Shown here piece after piece: positions 1 through 7,994 of a stretch of 64,000 nucleotides of DNA. Source of the stretch: a virus (taxonomy: Duplodnaviria; Caudoviricetes); IMG/VR virus record IMGVR_UViG_3300025912_000012, positions 1 through 64,000 of that record; one strand, 5' to 3'. How positions within the stretch are numbered: the stretch's first letter is position 1; every line of letters begins with the position of its first letter. Made by a program: the position numbers and the translations under genes. The notes below the pieces were generated by a model. That model was not told where the DNA came from and searched no databases. It was given only the letters and a program-made list of their open reading frames with translations.

Positions 1-892
1 CTTGGGTTTGATAGTGTTTGGGGTGTTGGTCAGCACGGCCGCCAGCACGGCGGGAGCGGATACGCCGCTCGCCTCAGGAGAACATGCGCCACGTGGATGT
101 ACATGGTCCACGTGCCACCGCCCCGATGGGCTGGCGCAGTGGACACGCTACGGGTGAACTCTGCCCGTAGGTCAGACCCAGGCATCTATATCCACGCCTG
201 GGGGACACTGGAGGGTGATGTGCGGGACGGTCCCGTGACCTCTAGACAACCACGTAACACGTGCCAGGCACGCGATTACCTTGGCTATATGCCCAAAATC
301 GGTACCTGATCCTAGGTATCAGTCGGTAATCACTGAGTAACACGTGGATGCGTAAAGCGACGACAGTCCGCCCCAGACCTTGATGGGCATCTGTCTCACG
401 GTAGGGATACCGGGATTCAGAAGAATGCTCTGTGAGGCAACGGGTGACACGTCGGGGACAACTTTAGCAACGGTGTAGCCAGCACTTTGACGCTGGTGAA
501 CCGTATCCCCGGTAAACGTGTCATCTCGCGCTAGTGGGAATGGGGGACATACGGAAAACGGTTGGGTTGCGGGTAATTCCCGTTAGGCGAGATGCCTAGT
601 CACTAAAAGCATATCGTTGCAATTGGCAAAGCTTGCCGATCCTGCGAATTGGGTGAGGGTAAGCGATGCGCGAATAGCTTGCTATACGCGTTGCAACGCG
701 AGATGTTTCGCGTCCAAGAAATCACAAGTTGCCAGCGTAACCACGGTGGAGTATGCGTCACGGGAGTGAGAGCGACGATATGTAGGCTGGCATTGAACGC
801 GCCAGCGACGATTGAGCTACGCCCTAGCTCATTGTCAGCATGCACCCAACGCGACAGTTGACAGATGTCGCGAGTGGGAATCCCGTCACCAA
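1..892 (+). ncRNA. candidate large structured non-coding RNA / structured leader
   Basis: No convincing ORF. Continuous hairpins with G.U pairs on + strand (e.g. CTACGGG/CCCGTAG, CGCGAATAGC/GCTATACGCG, TGAGCTA/TAGCTCA, CGCGACA/TGTCGCG). Family unknown. Confidence 0.5.
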
Positions 893-898
893 GAATGG

Positions 899-1140
899 GT
901 GATGGTGCGTGCCATCTGATTAGCGGAGAAAGTGAGTCATCAATGGATGCACTGGCTAATTCGCAAGTTGTACTAGCTGTCGTTGAGCACGATAACGGCA
1001 TCGTAGAGCAGCGCATTAACGACAAAGGCTGGATAATCCAGACCCTGGAACCTGACGTTATACGCGTCACGTTCCCGCTGATTCTCCACAACGCTAACTA
1101 AGAACACTAATTCCGCTAGTCAGATGGCATGCACCATTAC
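899..1140 (+). repeat. gene-enclosing inverted repeat, unit A (arms 899-927 / 1112-1140)
   Basis: 29 contiguous pairs, three of them G.U. Confidence 0.92.
943..1101 (+). CDS. small hypothetical protein (52 aa) in unit A
   Basis: ORF MDALAN... fills the loop between the arms. Confidence 0.7.
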   Translation: MDALANSQVVLAVVEHDNGIVEQRINDKGWIIQTLEPDVIRVTFPLILHNAN

Positions 1141-1173
1141 ACTTACGGAACCGTTCGCTTTACGGTGACGGAT

Positions 1174-1306
1174 AAGCGCATTACCTGATGTGCTCTGTGC
1201 ATGCGGTGATTATCTGTGTCCCTAAATCCAATGTTTACCTGGTATAGGTCGGGACGATTTACCAGCAGATTTCACCGTTTGCCTGAACACATCGGGTGAC
1301 GCGCTT
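1174..1306 (+). ncRNA. stem-enclosed non-coding unit B
   Basis: Arms 1174-1192 / 1288-1306. Inner helices CGGTGA..ATCTG/CAGAT..TCACCG and GTCCC/GGGAC. Confidence 0.6.
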
Positions 1307-1309
1307 TAC

Positions 1310-1649
1310 GGGTGCATGCATGCACACTTGCCTACCGGGGCAAGGGAGACACCATGCTTGAGAGTAGCGTGTATCAGTACCTGCTCAGTGAGAACGTAGG
1401 GCACAGCGTTATTGCGGGAATGATCGCGGAAGCGCTTATACACGGGAATTCCAACGGGTATCACGGATTCAAGGTCATCACGACCAATTCGGGATTCCCT
1501 GCGGAATTCCGGATCGAACGCATCGGGAAGCATCACGCCCCGGAACATCTCCCGGTTACCCCCGGGATCGTGGCACTATCGGACCTGATTGAACTAGTCG
1601 CCAGTAAGTGACAACCACTCCCGGTAGGTTAGCGTGCATGCATGCATTC
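1310..1649 (+). repeat. gene-enclosing inverted repeat, unit C (arms 1310-1339 / 1620-1649)
   Basis: 30-bp stem, 2 mismatches, G.U pairs. Confidence 0.9.
1354..1611 (+). CDS. hypothetical protein (85 aa) in unit C
   Basis: SD AAGGGAG; ORF fills the loop. Confidence 0.8.
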   Translation: MLESSVYQYLLSENVGHSVIAGMIAEALIHGNSNGYHGFKVITTNSGFPAEFRIERIGKHHAPEHLPVTPGIVALSDLIELVASK

Positions 1650-1651
1650 AC

Positions 1652-2132
1652 AGGGTGCATGTGCTCTCTTTTGGTCCCATGGGATATCCACTACCACAAG
1701 AACAGAAACTCAAGGATAAGGACAATCCCATGGCACAGCAGTCAGGTAACAACGGTCGCACGGGTCGCAGCAACGGGAGTCAGGTCAAGACTCCCCCGCC
1801 CGTGCAGGCTCCCACGGTCCTCGCCGTCACGCTCCCCAGCGATGACGAGTGGGACACGGGACACTACGCGATCTTGGAGCCCGAAGACCTCCCCAGCGAC
1901 GTGATCCTCGTGGCGCTGCGCGCCCAGGACATGCACGTCTCGTCCACGGGCAAGACGGTCATCCGCGCCAACGCCCAGTTCGAGCGCATCGACAGGACGA
2001 ACACCCTGTCGCTCACGCTCATGCGGAAGGCGACGGTCGGGGACACGAACAACCCCCAGCTGGTCAACCCGAAGAACAACGACAAGTAACAACCCGCATT
2101 CCCGTGGGATCAAATGAGAGCACATGCATTCT
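1652..2132 (+). repeat. gene-enclosing inverted repeat, unit D (arms 1652-1684 / 2100-2132)
   Basis: 33-bp stem, 1 U.U mismatch, 4 G.U pairs. Confidence 0.92.
1730..2089 (+). CDS. hypothetical protein (119 aa) in unit D
   Basis: SD AAGGA; strong GC3 codon bias. Confidence 0.85.
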   Translation: MAQQSGNNGRTGRSNGSQVKTPPPVQAPTVLAVTLPSDDEWDTGHYAILEPEDLPSDVILVALRAQDMHVSSTGKTVIRANAQFERIDRTNTLSLTLMRKATVGDTNNPQLVNPKNNDK

Positions 2133-2280
2133 TGCCTGTGAGTGCCTTTGAAAGGCACGGTAATACGCTTGTATACGGTAGTGAGTAGGCGTGAGCACTA
2201 ACTCTCGGTTGAGCTATGGTAGCCGCCCAAAGCACAGTGACCCAACGTAAACCGTGTCTTCCATAGGCACTCACGGGCAA
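2132..2280 (+). ncRNA. stem-enclosed non-coding unit E
   Basis: Arms 2132-2161 / 2251-2280 (30 bp, 2 mismatches) around ~90 nt without an ORF. Confidence 0.65.
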
Positions 2281-2282
2281 AA

Positions 2283-2618
2283 GCACATGCTGTACGTACT
2301 TAGGTGACGGATGTCTCTTTAAGGAGACATCATGCATGGTGAGGAATACAAGATATCCGGGTTGGCTATGAACGCTCCCTACGCTTTCGGGGTTTCCGCG
2401 ATAAGCGAGGAGATGTTTGAGGTCACGGTCAACCACATGATCGTGGGTTACGTTCTGCACAAGAAGAACGGGCGTTACGCCTGTCTCACCCGTGACGGGG
2501 TTTCCCTGAGCACGGGTGAGGGTACCGTCAACTTCCAGCTTTCCGTGCTGCGGGTAGTGAACCACTACCGTAACAACTAGCTGAGATCATCCGTCACCTA
2601 AGCGCGTACAGCATGTGT
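2283..2618 (+). repeat. gene-enclosing inverted repeat, unit F (arms 2283-2313 / 2588-2618)
   Basis: 31-bp stem, 1 mismatch, G.U pairs. Confidence 0.92.
2332..2580 (+). CDS. hypothetical protein (82 aa) in unit F
   Basis: SD AAGGAG; ORF fills the loop. Confidence 0.82.
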   Translation: MHGEEYKISGLAMNAPYAFGVSAISEEMFEVTVNHMIVGYVLHKKNGRYACLTRDGVSLSTGEGTVNFQLSVLRVVNHYRNN

Positions 2619-2625
2619 GTTCAAC

Positions 2626-2962
2626 GGTGCATGCATTCCGCAGGCTGCCTAGGGATAGGCAGGAAACAATGCCTCCTCGTAACAGTAATCGTGAAGAGCG
2701 TTCACCCGTATCTCTCACGGTGCCCGATAGTGACACTTTCTGCACGATCACGCTGGAAGGTCACCCCGAGTACACCGAGAAGATCTATGACGCGATCATG
2801 GCGGTTGCCGAGCCACGTCTGAAGATCGGGCGGGGTTCCGGGCAACTGGAACCGTCCCGTACCCCCGGGCTAGTCGGGGTACGGTATCTCTCCCTGGTGA
2901 TCCACAAGTCGGACCTGACAGAGTAACAACCACGTCTAGGCAGTCTGCGGTTTGCATGCATC
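2626..2962 (+). repeat. gene-enclosing inverted repeat, unit G (arms 2626-2652 / 2936-2962)
   Basis: 27-bp stem with one 2x2 U.U internal loop. Confidence 0.9.
2669..2926 (+). CDS. hypothetical protein (85 aa) in unit G
   Basis: SD-like AGGCAGGA; ORF fills the loop. Confidence 0.8.
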   Translation: MPPRNSNREERSPVSLTVPDSDTFCTITLEGHPEYTEKIYDAIMAVAEPRLKIGRGSGQLEPSRTPGLVGVRYLSLVIHKSDLTE

Positions 2963-2964
2963 TG

Positions 2965-3860
2965 AGATTAGTCATCATATGTTCACGACTATTCAGTCAG
3001 GAATCATGATGCGGTTTCGAACATAGCCTCTGACTAGCAGTCAGGGGCTTACCGTCTGTTCTCAGTTAATGGCAAGCAGATATGCGAGCCAAGACCCGGA
3101 CAGCCGCCAACCTACCGGCGCAAGCGATCCGGGAGTATGACGTGTGATCACGGATAACACTCGTCTTAAGAATGAAGATTAACCGTGAAACCATTGTTCC
3201 GGAAAGCGAGACTCCAGGGCACATACGCTCTGGCGGAATTCCCGGAAAGCCAGCGGTAATACGCGGCTGGCAAGCTGGAACCGTCCCCAGAGGGCTGGAA
3301 CGCAAAGGGGAGTAGCGCGGGATGCGCATCCCTACCGGGTAAGGATGGAAGACCGTGCGTTCGCGAGTCCGCTCACTCTTAGGGTGAGACATCCCGTAAG
3401 ACAATGGCTTTAATCGCTTTGCCTGAACGATCCGTGACATCACCTCTGTGCGGTAGTGCATCGTGATTCATCGTGATCCCCACGCGATTCAGCCATCTTA
3501 CGGGATATCTGACTCTAAGAGAAAGGGAAATAGCGGTGAGTTATTTATCCTGATGTAACACGGTGATCTCTCATTCCTTGATTATTAACCGGGAATGAGA
3601 GTGTTCCCTGCTAGCGGGTTTATAGCTAGGTTGCCCGGTCCGTTGTCCTAGGTTTGGCGAGAGTCAATTACTCTCGCCATTCCTGGTATCACGGAAAGGA
3701 GGATATCGCGGTGCACAGCTAGCCAAAGGTGCCTATACCTGATCCGACTCTGATTAGCCGATGAGGCATAAATGAATGTGAGGTTTGTGGAGAGTAGTCA
3801 CAGAAACCCCCCACGGGTACTCTCCGCATTCCCCGATTCGCATATGCCATATCCGAGGAG
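2965..3860 (+). ncRNA. candidate large structured non-coding RNA(s)
   Basis: No credible ORF. Many hairpins and a long stem 3376-3409 / 3491-3521. Confidence 0.55.
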
Positions 3861-3865
3861 GAAGA

Positions 3866-4072
3866 ATGAACCTGTTCCCTGCTACCGCTGCGATACTCCT
3901 CCGGGAGCGTACGTGGCTGAGTGATGCCGCCATCGAGAACTGGCTCCGCAACTACGGGCGCGGCGGTCACTCCGAAGGTCACCCGCTGTGGGTGAATACG
4001 CGGGACGGTAGCGGAGCCATGTACAAATTCCGGTATGTCAGCGGACTATGGCGGTTCGTTAAGGAGAAGTGA
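3866..4072 (+). CDS. hypothetical protein
   Basis: SD GAGGAGG; first of a run of coupled genes. Confidence 0.75.
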   Translation: MNLFPATAAILLRERTWLSDAAIENWLRNYGRGGHSEGHPLWVNTRDGSGAMYKFRYVSGLWRFVKEK

Positions 4073-4248
4073 TGAAGAAGATCGTGATCGTGGCGCTTAT
4101 CGCGGGAATTCTGGGGGTCACCCTGGGATACGCGATAGCGCAAGTCACCCGCAGTCAGGTGACATCCGTTGCCTGTCCCACGGAAGACTCCTGCAACGTG
4201 GACTACTACGGGGGAGCCTGGCACATCGTCCCCGGTCGTCCCAGCTAA
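4072..4248 (+). CDS. small membrane-anchored protein (CPTEDSC motif)
   Basis: Read by hand: MKKIVIVALIAGILG...; coupled to upstream stop. Confidence 0.7.
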   Translation: MKKIVIVALIAGILGVTLGYAIAQVTRSQVTSVACPTEDSCNVDYYGGAWHIVPGRPS

Positions 4249-4259
4249 AGGAGGGAAAC

Positions 4260-4493
4260 ATGCCGCGTAAGACAATCCCGGTGGAACGGGTGAAAGAACT
4301 CGTCAACGGGATGCTGGAACGCTCAGCGGATGACGTATCCCCGGACAGTCGCCTGATGGTGGCGAGTCTCCTCGAAACCATCCTGATGGAGACGGGCAAT
4401 TACCACGGGTTCGGGTACCTCCCCGGGGTTATCGACTTCGACAAGAACCCCCCGGAGGTCATCGGGGATGAGTCGCGCAGGAGGTACCACTAG
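4260..4493 (+). CDS. hypothetical phage protein
   Basis: SD AAGGAGG. Confidence 0.8.
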   Translation: MPRKTIPVERVKELVNGMLERSADDVSPDSRLMVASLLETILMETGNYHGFGYLPGVIDFDKNPPEVIGDESRRRYH

Positions 4494-4626
4494 TGAACGA
4501 GCTATGCCAGTACTCGGCACGGCACAACCACGAAGGTGTCCTCGCAACGGGCACCATCGACTGCGGTCCCGTGGGGATCATCCCCGCGTGTGACAAGTGC
4601 ATTCAGTTCTACGAAAGGATGAGCCA

Positions 4627-4953
4627 GTGAAACTCTCCGATTTCCCGGACGGGACCCGCGTCTACTCCGCGAAGCACAAGACGCACGGGACAGTGGATCA
4701 CCCCGCAAGGAAGCTGGTCCACGTCAAGATGGACAACACCGGGCAGGTCCGCGCTCTCCCGGTGGATGACCTGTCCATCGTCACGGAGTCGCGCCCCCAG
4801 CGGGAATTCCGCGAGACTCCCCCGAAGCTCCGCAGCACGCGGTTCAACCGCAAGGTCCCGAAGGCTGATGTCCCGGTGCCTGCGCATCTGGCACGCGTCC
4901 GCAGGCGTTCCAGCGGGTACACGAACCTGTCCCGCATGATGCTGGTGCGGTGA
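4627..4953 (+). CDS. hypothetical protein (SH3-like N-terminus possible)
   Basis: SD AAAGGA, GTG start. Confidence 0.7.
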   Translation: MKLSDFPDGTRVYSAKHKTHGTVDHPARKLVHVKMDNTGQVRALPVDDLSIVTESRPQREFRETPPKLRSTRFNRKVPKADVPVPAHLARVRRRSSGYTNLSRMMLVR

Positions 4954-5135
4954 TGAAGATCCTCAGATGGCGGTCCCGTAAGGGGTGGCTGCGATGGTTC
5001 GGGGTGGCCTCCTGGGATACAGGTCTGGAATATCAGGGGCTCCCTATCAAGACATGCACCCGCTGCGGCTGCTCGTTCACCCAGGACAAGTGTCCCTCGT
5101 TCATCTGCTCTCCGGAGGACATTCTCCCCACCGTC

Positions 5136-5164
5136 TAGACAAGCACGGCAACACGTACTAGAGT
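5136..5164 (+). promoter_or_regulatory. sigma70/HrdB-type promoter
   Basis: TAGACA-17-TAGAGT upstream of gene 5185. Confidence 0.6.
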
Positions 5165-5184
5165 CACCCTCGAAAGGAGTGATC

Positions 5185-5526
5185 ATGACACGGAACACAG
5201 CCAAGCGAGCCGCTAGCGAGATCGCACGGGAGATCATCGAGGCTGCCCGTAACTCCGGGGGTGACCCTATCGCGTGGGTCACGGGGAACGCAATGATGCC
5301 TCCACTACGGTGGTTCGATGCTGCGGAACGCATCTGGCAGCTTCCCGGGAACAGCTTCGACGCGTGGGAGTCGATGACGGAACGCCTCGAAGAACTGCTC
5401 TCCGAGGCGAACGTGGCACTGGAATCCCCTGAGTATGACAATTCCCTGTACGCGGTGGACCTGTCACGGTGGCAGTATACCGAATCGGACGGGGACACGC
5501 TGCAGAGTGAATGGATGGAGGTCTGA
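5185..5526 (+). CDS. hypothetical acidic protein
   Basis: SD AAAGGAG. Confidence 0.8.
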   Translation: MTRNTAKRAASEIAREIIEAARNSGGDPIAWVTGNAMMPPLRWFDAAERIWQLPGNSFDAWESMTERLEELLSEANVALESPEYDNSLYAVDLSRWQYTESDGDTLQSEWMEV

Positions 5527-5527
5527 C

Positions 5528-5746
5528 ATGCGCAAGCTGGTCAGTCACGAGAAGGACATGCTCATCATGTGGATGCTCACGCACATGACGAGTGAGCAGC
5601 GACGGCAGCTCATGGGTGAGCTTCCCAGCATCTACAAGATCCTCTATCCATCGGTGAGTGACGAGACACTCGCCCTCAGGATGACGCAGCGTATCCGCCA
5701 GGTGGAGGGACAGTCAGACATTATCCCCCACAACGTGAACCTGTAA
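5528..5746 (+). CDS. hypothetical protein
   Basis: SD GGAGG; operon packing. Confidence 0.75.
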   Translation: MRKLVSHEKDMLIMWMLTHMTSEQRRQLMGELPSIYKILYPSVSDETLALRMTQRIRQVEGQSDIIPHNVNL

Positions 5747-5755
5747 GGAGGGAAC

Positions 5756-6055
5756 ATGAGCGATTACGAATACACCGTCATAGTCCCCAAGATGCTGCTC
5801 CCGGAATTCTCGGAACCGAGGATCACGATCAGCGTGTCCAAGGTGGGAGGCGGCACCCTCGGGGAATCCTACGAAGGTCTGTGGGAGTACAACGCGACAT
5901 GTGACGGGAAGCCTGTGATGTTCGGAGCGGACCTGTATACCGGGACCGCTAAGACGCATGAGCAGGCAGCGCGTATCGTCGCGGGGTTCCTGACCGAGGG
6001 GTATGTCCCCGAGGATCAGAACGACAGGCTGTCTGAATTCGCAGGTGATGAGTGA
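5756..6055 (+). CDS. hypothetical protein
   Basis: SD AAGGAGG. Confidence 0.8.
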   Translation: MSDYEYTVIVPKMLLPEFSEPRITISVSKVGGGTLGESYEGLWEYNATCDGKPVMFGADLYTGTAKTHEQAARIVAGFLTEGYVPEDQNDRLSEFAGDE

Positions 6056-6354
6056 TGCACTGCCATGCGATAAACGCGAGCAACGGTGACCTGGTAGATA
6101 TCATCCCGCTGTGCTCGAATTCGTGTCACCTCGATTACGATCGTGAACGCGGACTCAAGTACGAGGGTCGCAGTGACATTGATTCCCCGGATTACAACGC
6201 GTACTGTGCGCAGTGCGGAGTGATCGCGGCGTGCGGTCCGGAAGCCTGCGAGCATCAGCGGGAAAACATCGTGGTCAACCGGTTCCTCAGTCAAGATGGG
6301 GAAGTGTGTGAGCACGGGAACTGGATACAGGTCCCGGAAAGGATGCTGAAGTGA
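6052..6354 (+). CDS. Cys-rich hypothetical protein
   Basis: 4-bp overlaps with both neighbours. Confidence 0.7.
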   Translation: MMHCHAINASNGDLVDIIPLCSNSCHLDYDRERGLKYEGRSDIDSPDYNAYCAQCGVIAACGPEACEHQRENIVVNRFLSQDGEVCEHGNWIQVPERMLK

Positions 6355-6560
6355 GAACGCCGCAAGGATATGACGGGGTTGAGCATGACAATGGTGTCGT
6401 GCATGCCATCGACCTCGGTGAGCTGTCCGAGGATCGTCCACTGTGGCGGGAGACCCCGGTCTGCGGTGCAGCTACCGGGGTGTCCTCGGATGAAGCGGGA
6501 CCCTACGTGATCCATCAGCGTGAGATCACCTGTAATGACTGCACAGGAATCCTGGGGTGA
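6351..6560 (+). CDS. small zinc-finger-like protein (H..C..CxxC)
   Basis: VVHA...PVCG...ITCNDC. Confidence 0.65.
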   Translation: MRTPQGYDGVEHDNGVVHAIDLGELSEDRPLWRETPVCGAATGVSSDEAGPYVIHQREITCNDCTGILG

Positions 6561-6564
6561 TGAC

Positions 6565-6870
6565 ATGAGGTACACCATGAGAACGTCTTTGATTGATGTA
6601 CTCGGGGTGATCTGGATGCCCCCGGTACCCGCCGCAAGCCAGCTCACGCTGACCAATCACGACGTGGACACCATCCGCATGCACGGGGAAGGCAGGATCA
6701 CCCGTGAATCCGTGCAGTCGTGGCTGGATACGCACGCCGCAGATTTCCAGTCAATCACGGATTTCTGCGCAAGCATCGAATCGGGGAATGACACGATCGA
6801 CATCCCCTGGGATTCGGAAGACAACGAGATGACCTACGGTGATCTCATGTGCTCATCGGAGGAATGGTGA
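6565..6870 (+). CDS. hypothetical protein
   Basis: Operon packing. Confidence 0.7.
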   Translation: MRYTMRTSLIDVLGVIWMPPVPAASQLTLTNHDVDTIRMHGEGRITRESVQSWLDTHAADFQSITDFCASIESGNDTIDIPWDSEDNEMTYGDLMCSSEEW

Positions 6871-7418
6871 ACAGGAATCAAGTCCGGATGCTGGCAACCG
6901 CAATCGCCACCCATCTCCCTGGGGAATGGTCCGCGAGATGGGAGGAGCACACAGTCGGAGCGTTCCTGGTTAGCGGGGACATGAGCCTGTTCCTGTCCGC
7001 GCAGACAGGGTGGGGATATCGTCCCGGGATGGTGCGGATATCCCCGCAGATCCCCAGTGACCGCAACGTGGGGGAGCGTGAGGAGAACAAGACTCGTCCC
7101 ATCTACATCGGGGAGACCCGGGGAGCGGAGGCGTTCGCCAGGGAGATTAACCGCAGGATCCTGGTGGGACAGGATTACGCGGCGAAGGTGGCACGGCAGG
7201 TAGCCGCGATCAAGGCTTATGAGGATGCCGATAATGAGGCTCACGCGGTTGCGATAGCACTCGGGGCTGTGCTGGGGGCTGACCCCCGGGGCAGTACGGA
7301 GATCAATGCCCATCCTCACGGGACCTGGCGGGCATCCTCGGATTCGGTTCACCTGGACATCTACCTGCCTGTCCAGGTGGCACTCAAGGTAGCAGGAATG
7401 ATCAGGGAGGAAATGTGA
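6867..7418 (+). CDS. hypothetical protein
   Basis: SD GGAGG; overlap with upstream gene. Confidence 0.75.
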   Translation: MNRNQVRMLATAIATHLPGEWSARWEEHTVGAFLVSGDMSLFLSAQTGWGYRPGMVRISPQIPSDRNVGEREENKTRPIYIGETRGAEAFAREINRRILVGQDYAAKVARQVAAIKAYEDADNEAHAVAIALGAVLGADPRGSTEINAHPHGTWRASSDSVHLDIYLPVQVALKVAGMIREEM

Positions 7419-7621
7419 GCACGTACCTGTACAAGATCGTCCGCAAGTACGCGGACGAGAACAAGGGCGATGAGGTTATCGCGGAAGGGCTCACCTATGA
7501 CGAGAAGGTGGCCCACACGAACGACCCGGAAACCTCGTCATCCACCGCAACCACCCCGGAGGCGCTTGAGCATACCGCGCTGCACGGGGCGTGGTTCGAT
7601 GTGTCCTATCCGGAGGAATGA
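7415..7621 (+). CDS. hypothetical phage protein
   Basis: SD GGAGG. Confidence 0.75.
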   Translation: MSTYLYKIVRKYADENKGDEVIAEGLTYDEKVAHTNDPETSSSTATTPEALEHTALHGAWFDVSYPEE

Positions 7622-7815
7622 TGTCCGTACAGCAGAAATCCCCCGCGTCCAGCGGGATCATCGCGGCGAGGGTGATAGGGCTGGTCATCCTCGTCATCGC
7701 GGTCATCGGATGGTACGCGGGGACACATCAGACCGTGCAGAGCTACGACTGCAACCCGGTGCTGAACACGTGCACCGTGACCGATATCCCGGTGACCAGC
7801 ACGACGGGACCGTAA
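7621..7815 (+). CDS. small membrane protein
   Basis: One hydrophobic helix. Confidence 0.7.
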   Translation: MSVQQKSPASSGIIAARVIGLVILVIAVIGWYAGTHQTVQSYDCNPVLNTCTVTDIPVTSTTGP

Positions 7816-7994
7816 TGGCACTCGTGATCTCCCTGGCAATCCTCGCGATATGGGTATCGCTCGCGGGAATGTGGTGGAGCTGGAGGAAACGAAGGGACAC
7901 GTACCGTTAACATCGTGTCCCGGGAAACAGGGACACGGTGTTATGGGTACCGTACCCAGAACGCGAGAGCGGTTAAATCGAAGGAGAACAGAAA

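Noticed and set aside
899-2962. Inverted repeats as IS/MITE ends or integron attC sites
   Set aside because: Arms differ between units, no target duplications are evident, no transposase or integrase is in the window, mismatches are strand-biased G.U, and the arms pair across each gene rather than between genes
3195-3372. Loose resemblance to RNase P RNA (GGAAAG..CTCC..GGGCA; GGTAAGG) and to the 16S 530 loop (GCGGTAATAC)
   Set aside because: The conserved P4 strands of RNase P are not found and there is no other rRNA similarity; kept only as an unassigned structured RNA
1-3860. Known self-cleaving ribozymes or a CRISPR array
   Set aside because: No convincing hammerhead, twister or pistol consensus seen by eye, and no direct repeat-spacer periodicity
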